Source: Candidatus Omnitrophota bacterium (lineage in GTDB: Bacteria > Omnitrophota > Gorgyraeia > Pluralincolimonadales > Pluralincolimonadaceae). Taken from it: a stretch of 64,000 bases of DNA. Position 1 is the stretch's first letter, and each line of letters opens with the position of its first letter. Shown piece after piece: positions 57,548-64,000 of the stretch. Where the stretch lies: contig PLNR01000002.1 in assembly GCA_003141835.1 (NCBI GenBank), positions 14,026-78,025 of the forward strand, read 5' to 3'. A program made the translations under genes and the position numbers. Below the pieces are notes generated by a model. The model did not search any database. It was not told the origin of the DNA and saw nothing but the letters and a program-made list of their open reading frames with translations.

Positions 57548-58776
57548 ATACATTACTCCAACTATTCCTGGTTTTAAGCATTATAGTCGCTGTGGCGAAA
57601 ATAGCCGGACACCTGAGCACAAAGATCGGCCAGCCGCCGGTATTCGGAAAGATCCTCGCCGGGCTTATTTTGGGGCCGAGCCTCCTGAATATGCTCGGAT
57701 GGCCGGTATTCCGATCTTCCCAGGCAGAAACAGCCCTTTTATTACCTGAATTGGTCCATTATCTCGCCGAGATAGGCGTAATACTTCTTATGTTTATCGC
57801 AGGGCTCGAGACCGACATAAAAGGGATTATCAAGGTCGGTAATAACGCTTTCTGGGCCGCGGCAGGCGGCGTTATCCTCCCTATGGGCATCGGCACCTGG
57901 TTCTCGCGAAGCATGGGATTCTCGCTAAACGAATCCTTGTTCATAGGAACTATACTCACCGCGACATCGGTTTCTATAACCGCGCAGACGCTGATGGAGA
58001 TCGGGGCGCTTAAATCAAAAGAAGGCTCGACTATACTCGGCGCGGCCGTTATAGACGACGTGATGGGAATAATAGCCCTCTCCCTGGTAGTCGCCTTCTC
58101 CTTGAATCCGGCCTCGGGCCCGTCTTCTCAGTCCGGCTTCTCTTCCATAGGCCTGCTGCTTGTCCGGATAGCCGCATTTTTCGCGGTTTCGGTAATAATG
58201 GGTATCAAATTCTTTGAGCCGATCCTTAAATACGCCGAAAAACTCTCTACGACAAAGGCGGTGTTCGCGGCCGCGCTTGTAGTATGCTTCATCTACGCAT
58301 GGGCTGCCGAATACTTCGGAAAGGTCGCGGCGATAACCGGCTCTTACATGGCGGGCGTGCTTTTTACGAGGACGTCCTTTTTTAAAAAGATAGGGGAATC
58401 GGCAAAGACATTCGCTTACTCTTTTTTTGTCCCCATATTCCTCCTCGACATCGGATTAAGGGCGAATGCGCGCGAGCTCGGCGGCAATATTACGTTTACC
58501 GTAATAATAATTGCCATCGCGGTCCTGGCCAAGGTTGGAGGATGTCTGCTGGGTTCGCTGGCTACCGGCTTTAATATGAAAGAATCTGTCCGCGTAGGTA
58601 TCGGGATGATATCGCGGGGAGAGGTAGGATTGATAGTCGCTAGCTACGGGCTTACACATGCGATCATCAAAAGGGATATTTTTTCCGCAATGGTGCTCAT
58701 GGTCCTGGTCACTACCCTCATCACCCCGGTGCTCCTCCGTTTCGTATTTCCCAAGAAACATCTCATCGAAACTTAA
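57544..58776 (+). CDS. CPA2-family cation/proton antiporter (Kef/NapA-like)
   Basis: 410 aa, ~12 TM. The N-terminus is Na+/H+-exchanger-like. Translationally coupled to atpC (ATGA). Confidence 0.7.
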   Translation: MNTLLQLFLVLSIIVAVAKIAGHLSTKIGQPPVFGKILAGLILGPSLLNMLGWPVFRSSQAETALLLPELVHYLAEIGVILLMFIAGLETDIKGIIKVGNNAFWAAAGGVILPMGIGTWFSRSMGFSLNESLFIGTILTATSVSITAQTLMEIGALKSKEGSTILGAAVIDDVMGIIALSLVVAFSLNPASGPSSQSGFSSIGLLLVRIAAFFAVSVIMGIKFFEPILKYAEKLSTTKAVFAAALVVCFIYAWAAEYFGKVAAITGSYMAGVLFTRTSFFKKIGESAKTFAYSFFVPIFLLDIGLRANARELGGNITFTVIIIAIAVLAKVGGCLLGSLATGFNMKESVRVGIGMISRGEVGLIVASYGLTHAIIKRDIFSAMVLMVLVTTLITPVLLRFVFPKKHLIET

Positions 58777-58781
58777 AATAA

Positions 58782-59351
58782 TTATTTTTTGCTTCCCGGC
58801 TTGATGATGGGCTTTCCGGCCTTGCAGAGCGGGCAGTCTTCCGGCTGGAATGTCTCGATCTCCAATTGGGCGAGGGATTCGAAGGGTACGCTGAATTTTG
58901 CCTTGCCGCCTGACCTGTCTATTATCGCGCCGACCCCTATTATTTCCGCGCCGAGACTTTTCGCGAGGTCGACGACTTCCTGCGCAGAGCCGCCGGTAGT
59001 GGTGACATCTTCTATGACCAGGACTTTTTCTCCGGGCTCAAGTTTGAACCCGCGCCTCAATATCATCTTCCCGTCTTCCCTTTCGGAAAATATGCCCCTG
59101 GCGCCGAGGGCGCGCGCGACTTCGTAGGCCGCGGTGATCCCGCCGACCGCGGGCCCGATCACGACATCTATCTTTTCGCCCTTGAACTTGCCGCCAAGTT
59201 CTTTGCATAATATTGCGGCAATCTTTGGGTCGGCCAGGACGAGCGCGCACTGCAGGTAATATTCGCTGTGGAGCCCGCTGGATAGCTTGAAATGGCCTTT
59301 GTGGAACGCGCCCTGTTCCTCGAATATCTTCATTACCGATCCCTGGTTCAA
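58782..59351 (-). CDS. pyrE: orotate phosphoribosyltransferase
   Basis: PRPP-binding VLVIEDVTTTGGS motif. Confidence 0.9.
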   Translation of the reverse strand: MNQGSVMKIFEEQGAFHKGHFKLSSGLHSEYYLQCALVLADPKIAAILCKELGGKFKGEKIDVVIGPAVGGITAAYEVARALGARGIFSEREDGKMILRRGFKLEPGEKVLVIEDVTTTGGSAQEVVDLAKSLGAEIIGVGAIIDRSGGKAKFSVPFESLAQLEIETFQPEDCPLCKAGKPIIKPGSKK

Positions 59352-60058
59352 GCTTCCATCTCCTTTATTATCTTTTTCGCCGCCGCGAGCGGGTCTTTTG
59401 TCTCGGTTATAGGGCGGCCGACTACGATATAATCGGCCCCGGTCCTGACGGCATCTGCCGGGGTCATCACCCTCTTCTGGTCGCCCTTTTCCGCGCCTGC
59501 CGGGCGTATCCCCGGCGTCACGATGATGAAATCTTTTCCGAGATTTTTCCTTATAAGGCCGGTTTCGTTAGGCGAAACTACGACCCCGTCAAGTCCGGAC
59601 TCTTTTCCGAGACGCGCAAGCGTGACGACTTCTTCCTCTATCTTCTTTTCTATACCGACTTCTCCTATCGAAGATTGGTCCATGCTCGTAAGCACCGTAA
59701 CGCCCAGGAGTTTCGGTTTCTTATCCGATTCCCGCGCCGCCTCGACCGCTCTCATCATCATCTCCGAGCCGCCGAGCGCGTGCACATTCATCATGAATAC
59801 GCCCAGTTTCGCGGCCGACCTTACTGCGTGCGCGACCGTATTCGGGATGTCGTGGAATTTAAGGTCGAGGAATACCTTCGCGCCGTTGTCGTGGACGAGC
59901 TTTACCGCGTCAGGGCCGCACAGGGTGAAGAGGCCTATCCCGACCTTGAATATCCGCACCTCCGGGCTTAATTTCCTGACCATTTCTTTGGCGTCTGAAA
60001 ATGTTTTTATATCCAACGCCACTATAAGTCTTTCGGCCGCTTTTATGTCCTGAGGCAT
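59348..60058 (-). CDS. pyrF: orotidine-5'-phosphate decarboxylase
   Basis: LIVALD...FLDLKFHDIPNTV, OMPdecase motifs. Confidence 0.9.
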   Translation of the reverse strand: MPQDIKAAERLIVALDIKTFSDAKEMVRKLSPEVRIFKVGIGLFTLCGPDAVKLVHDNGAKVFLDLKFHDIPNTVAHAVRSAAKLGVFMMNVHALGGSEMMMRAVEAARESDKKPKLLGVTVLTSMDQSSIGEVGIEKKIEEEVVTLARLGKESGLDGVVVSPNETGLIRKNLGKDFIIVTPGIRPAGAEKGDQKRVMTPADAVRTGADYIVVGRPITETKDPLAAAKKIIKEMEA

Positions 60059-60957
60059 CCGGTGAGTTCCTTTATATTTTTTATCTTCTCCTGCAGCATA
60101 TATTTTTCTATTCCGGCGATAATATCCGCCGCGGCTTTCGGATTTACGAAATTTGCGGTCCCGATCTCGACGGCAGATGCGCCGGCTATAATAAATTCCA
60201 GGGCATCCTCATAGCCCATAATGCCGCCCATGCCGATAACCGGTATCTTGATTTTCTTAGCAGTCTCCCATACCATGCGCAGGGCGATCGGCTTGATCGC
60301 CGGTCCGCTCAGGCCTCCGACGATATTGCCCAGGACCGGCCGCTTCGCGCATATATCTATCGCCATCCCGGTAAAGGTATTGACGAGCGAGACCGCATCC
60401 GAGCCGGCGTCTTCCGCAGCCATGGCTATTTCGGTTATATCTTTTACGTTGGGGGATAATTTCGTTATTAACGGCTTCTTAGAGGCCGCCCTGACCTTCG
60501 CGACCACTGCGGCCGCAGACCCCGGCTCCCTGGCGAACTCAAGCCCGCCTTTTACGTTGGGGCAGGATATATTTATCTCTATCGCATCGACCTTTTTTAT
60601 CCTATCGAGCTTTCCGGCGATCTCCGCATAATCATTAACGCTGTGCGCGGCTATCGAAACAATGACTGCCGTCTTGACTTTGCTTAAGAACGGCATTTTA
60701 TCTTTTATAAAGGCGTCTACTCCGTCATTCTGCAGCCCGATGGAGTTGAGCATGCCTGACGGGGTCTCGACGACGCGCGGAGGCGGATTTCCCTCACTTG
60801 GCCTCAGGGTTACCGACTTGGTCACGATGGCCCCGAGGCTGCCAAGGTCTGTGAGATCCTTGTATTCCTCGCCTGAGCCGAACGTCCCGGAGGCAGCGAT
60901 CACGGGATTCCTCAGTTCGAGCCCGCCTATCTTCACTTTAAGGTTTGGTTTTACCAT
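60043..60957 (-). CDS. pyrD: dihydroorotate dehydrogenase catalytic subunit (class 1B)
   Basis: Start MVKPNLKVKIGGLELRNPVIAASGTFG. Paired with pyrK. Confidence 0.85.
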   Translation of the reverse strand: MVKPNLKVKIGGLELRNPVIAASGTFGSGEEYKDLTDLGSLGAIVTKSVTLRPSEGNPPPRVVETPSGMLNSIGLQNDGVDAFIKDKMPFLSKVKTAVIVSIAAHSVNDYAEIAGKLDRIKKVDAIEINISCPNVKGGLEFAREPGSAAAVVAKVRAASKKPLITKLSPNVKDITEIAMAAEDAGSDAVSLVNTFTGMAIDICAKRPVLGNIVGGLSGPAIKPIALRMVWETAKKIKIPVIGMGGIMGYEDALEFIIAGASAVEIGTANFVNPKAAADIIAGIEKYMLQEKIKNIKELTGCLRT

Positions 60958-61724
60958 ATTATCTCTTTTGCGTTGAATACGGGTCCGTCCTTGCAGACGA
61001 GCTTGTATCCCGACCTCGTCTTTATCGCGCATCCCAGGCACGCGCCGACCCCGCAGGCAATATTCTCCTCTAAAGAGACATGACATTCAAGCCCGCGTTT
61101 CTTCGAGATATGCGCGGCCGCCTTTAACATCGGCCCTGGCCCGCAGGCGAATATGACCGGACGCAACCGCTGTTTTGCCTCTAAAAAATCATTTAGAACA
61201 TCGGTTGCGAAGCACTTCTTCCCGCAGGTGCCGTCGTCGGTGGCGACGAGTGTCCTGATGCCGATATTTTTGAAGTGGCCTTCGCAGAGGAGGGCCTTTT
61301 CGCTCCTTGCGCCTATTATAGCGCAGACTTCCGCTTTCTTTATTCTTACCAGGGATTCGGCCAGGGATGCGAGCGGCGCCACGCCCATGCCGCCGGCTAA
61401 TATTACAAAATCCTTCTTCCCTCTGGGGATCGCGAACCCGTTGCCGAGCGGACCGAGGACGTCAATCTCATCACCGGGCTTCAACCCCGACAGGAAGGCC
61501 GTGCCTTTGCCTATCCTTTCGTATAAGATCTCGAACCCGGAAGCGCTTATCCTGTGGAAACCGAATGGTCTTCTAAGCAAAGGCGTCGTACCATTACCAC
61601 ACCTGATCGTCAGGAACTGCCCGGGTTTCGCTTTTTTCGCGACGGCCGGGCACTTCACCGCCATAAGGTAATAGCCGGGCTTGACACTCCTGTTGGATAT
61701 TACCTTTCCCGCGCTCTGTATCAT
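60951..61724 (-). CDS. pyrK: dihydroorotate dehydrogenase electron-transfer subunit (FAD/[2Fe-2S])
   Basis: Ferredoxin-reductase-like fold. C-terminal CGVGACLGC cluster motif. Confidence 0.8.
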   Translation of the reverse strand: MIQSAGKVISNRSVKPGYYLMAVKCPAVAKKAKPGQFLTIRCGNGTTPLLRRPFGFHRISASGFEILYERIGKGTAFLSGLKPGDEIDVLGPLGNGFAIPRGKKDFVILAGGMGVAPLASLAESLVRIKKAEVCAIIGARSEKALLCEGHFKNIGIRTLVATDDGTCGKKCFATDVLNDFLEAKQRLRPVIFACGPGPMLKAAAHISKKRGLECHVSLEENIACGVGACLGCAIKTRSGYKLVCKDGPVFNAKEIIW

Positions 61725-64000
61725 ATGGCGGCGTGCCATTCCTTTAATGGCCTGACCCCGATAGAATGTTTTTTTATCGCCTCTATCCCCTTGGTCGCGG
61801 CGTCCGCGCCCGGTATAGTCGTGACGCACGGGACGCCCAGCGAGACGGCCAGCGACCTTATCTTTATCTCGTCCTCCCTCGGCTTCTTGCCGGAAGGGGT
61901 GTTTATGATAAATTTAATCTTTCCTTCCCTCATGTGGTCGAGTATATTCGGCGTCCCTTCGCTTATCCTGTGGATGCCGGTAGCCGCGATCCCTGCTTCT
62001 TTGAGTATCATAGCGGTGCCTGCCGTGGCAATTATCTCGAACCCCAATTCCGTGAGTTTTTTCGCTATCGGGACTATTTTCGCCTTATGCGCGTCCTGGA
62101 CGCTCACGAAGACCGTGCCTTCGGTCGGGAGGGCGCTGTTTGCCGCCATCTGCGACTTCGCGAACGCGCGTCCGAAATCGACGTCTATACCCATCACCTC
62201 GCCGGTCGACCTCATCTCAGGCCCGAGGATTATGTCTATTCCCGGGAATTTTACGAACGGGAATACGGATTCCTTAACCGATATCTGCGGAGGAGTTATC
62301 TCTTTCGTGAAACCGAGGTCTTTTAATTTCTTCCCGGCCATGACTTTTGCCGCGAGCTTCGCGAGCGGCACCCCGATCGCCTTGCTGACGAACGGTATCG
62401 TCCTCGAGGCGCGCGGGTTTACCTCCAATATATAAACGACCCCTTTCTGGACGGCAAATTGCACGTTCATAAGGCCGATAACGTTCAGGTCCTTCGCCAT
62501 GGCGAACGTCGTCTGCCTGATCTCATCTATGACCTTCTTGTCCAACGTATGCGGGGGAAGGACCATCGCGGCGTCACCGGAATGGACCCCTGCCTCCTCT
62601 ATATGCTCCATTATCCCGCCTATCACGAACGTCTCGCCGTCGCCTATCATATCGACGTCGACCTCGATCGCGTCCTCGAGAAACTTATCTATCAACACGG
62701 GGAATTCCGGGGAGGCCTTGACCGCATGCGTCATATAATATTCGAGGGATTCGTCGTCATAGACTATCTCCATCGCGCGCCCGCCCAGCACATAAGAAGG
62801 CCTGACCATGATCGGGTAGCCTATCCGCTTCGATACTGCCACCGCACCTTTTACATCTATGGCAGTACCATTTATGGGCTGCCTCAACCCCAATCTCTCA
62901 ACAAGGAGTTTGAACTTCTCCCTGTCCTCGGCTATATCTATCGCCTCAGGGGTCGTCCCGATTATTTTAAGCCCGGCTTTCTTTAGCGCTACGGCAAGAT
63001 TTAAAGGCGTCTGGCCTCCGAACTGGACTATCGTGCCGTCAGGTTTCTCTTTATCGGCTATATTAAGGACGTCCTCTATGGTAAGCGGCTCGAAATATAA
63101 CTTGTCCGAGGTGTCGTAATCCGTAGAAACTGTCTCGGGGTTGGAATTCACCATTATCGTCTCGTAGCCGATCTCTTTGAGCGCGAAAGCTGCGTGGACA
63201 CAGCAATAATCGAATTCTATGCCCTGGCCTATCCTGTTCGGGCCGCCGCCGAGTATCATTATCTTCTTCCTGCCCGAGGACCTGGTCTCGTCCTCCTCTT
63301 CGTATGTCGAGTAGAAATAAGGCGTATACGCCTCGAATTCCGCGGCGCAGGTGTCGACCAGCTTATAGACTGCGCTTGTCCCGTCTTTTATCCTCGACTT
63401 CCTTACTCCCATCTCGTCGGACTTGCGCAGAAATGAGATCTGTTTATCCGAGAACCCGTACTGTTTGGCTTTCAGGAGGAGCCCGGCCGTCATCTCGGAG
63501 CTCCTTATCTCGTCCTCGACCGCGATTATCTCCTTTATGTTCTGGAGGAACCACGGGTCTATCTTCGTCAACTCATATATCTTCTCTATCGTAAATCCTT
63601 CTTTCAGGGCATACCTGATATAAAAGAGCCTGTCCTGGTTCGGCGTCCTTAATTTCTCGGTTATCTCCTCTTTGAAATCGGGGCTCTTCGACCTTGCCTC
63701 GTATTCATCCTTCGGGTCAGAGCCGAGGCCGAACCTCCCTATCTCAAGCGACCTTATCCCTTTCTGCAGCGCCTCTTTGAATGTCCTGCCTATCGCCATC
63801 GTCTCGCCGACCGATTTCATCTGTATGGTCAGCCTCTGGTCGGCCTTCGGGAATTTCTCGAAAGCCCACCTCGGTATCTTCACTACGCAATAATCTATCG
63901 TCGGCTCGAATGAGGCCGGGGTCTCTTTGGTTATGTCGTTGGGTATCTCATCGAGCGAGTAGCCGACCGCGAGTTTTGCCGCGATCTTGGCTATCGGGAA
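61721..64000 (-). CDS. carB: carbamoyl-phosphate synthase large subunit (partial; N-terminus beyond window end)
   Basis: ATP-grasp and MGS-like domain motifs. The ORF continues past position 64000. Confidence 0.9.
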   Translation of the reverse strand, partial: FPIAKIAAKLAVGYSLDEIPNDITKETPASFEPTIDYCVVKIPRWAFEKFPKADQRLTIQMKSVGETMAIGRTFKEALQKGIRSLEIGRFGLGSDPKDEYEARSKSPDFKEEITEKLRTPNQDRLFYIRYALKEGFTIEKIYELTKIDPWFLQNIKEIIAVEDEIRSSEMTAGLLLKAKQYGFSDKQISFLRKSDEMGVRKSRIKDGTSAVYKLVDTCAAEFEAYTPYFYSTYEEEDETRSSGRKKIMILGGGPNRIGQGIEFDYCCVHAAFALKEIGYETIMVNSNPETVSTDYDTSDKLYFEPLTIEDVLNIADKEKPDGTIVQFGGQTPLNLAVALKKAGLKIIGTTPEAIDIAEDREKFKLLVERLGLRQPINGTAIDVKGAVAVSKRIGYPIMVRPSYVLGGRAMEIVYDDESLEYYMTHAVKASPEFPVLIDKFLEDAIEVDVDMIGDGETFVIGGIMEHIEEAGVHSGDAAMVLPPHTLDKKVIDEIRQTTFAMAKDLNVIGLMNVQFAVQKGVVYILEVNPRASRTIPFVSKAIGVPLAKLAAKVMAGKKLKDLGFTKEITPPQISVKESVFPFVKFPGIDIILGPEMRSTGEVMGIDVDFGRAFAKSQMAANSALPTEGTVFVSVQDAHKAKIVPIAKKLTELGFEIIATAGTAMILKEAGIAATGIHRISEGTPNILDHMREGKIKFIINTPSGKKPREDEIKIRSLAVSLGVPCVTTIPGADAATKGIEAIKKHSIGVRPLKEWHAAI

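Overview
This window is a GC-rich (roughly mid-50s % GC by eye) bacterial chromosomal segment. About 60 genes are tightly packed and mostly on the minus strand. Recognisable housekeeping loci include a complete 11-subunit complex I operon (nuoABCDHIJKLMN, with no nuoEFG) and an F-type ATP synthase operon (atpZ-BEFHAGDC). The atp operon ends in a short epsilon subunit translationally coupled to a CPA2 cation/proton antiporter. On the minus strand are pyrE-pyrF-pyrD-pyrK-carB (carB partial), era, mazG, surE, pcm, cspA and a marR-headed 13-kb unidirectional gene array rich in lipid and acyl-modifying enzymes. The most unusual region is a roughly 3.2-kb AT-rich island (about 4150-7340, mid-30s % GC by eye), inferred from its position on the 3' side of tRNA-Asp (GUC), with tRNA-Val (UAC) beyond, to be a possible tRNA-associated acquisition; no att repeat or integrase is visible. 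The island encodes a zinc-ribbon + DUF4145/HEPN-like protein with an Rx4H motif, three tandem paralogous ~125-135-aa winged-helix-like proteins, and a protein with a degenerate PLD-like HxK/R...D...G.S.N motif. I consider this island the best candidate for an undescribed defence or toxin-type system. Other notable items are an alpha/beta-hydrolase fused to an Omp85/BamA-type beta-barrel (a type Vd-like architecture without a patatin passenger), a cNMP-binding + degenerate ParA/MinD-like + patatin tri-domain protein, a co-operonic YeeE - YjeF_C-like kinase - DUF3343 - ArsP-like permease - radical SAM cluster, and a secreted retropepsin-like aspartyl protease between nuo and atp. All calls rest on reading the translated ORFs and the nucleotide sequence by eye. 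No database search was run.
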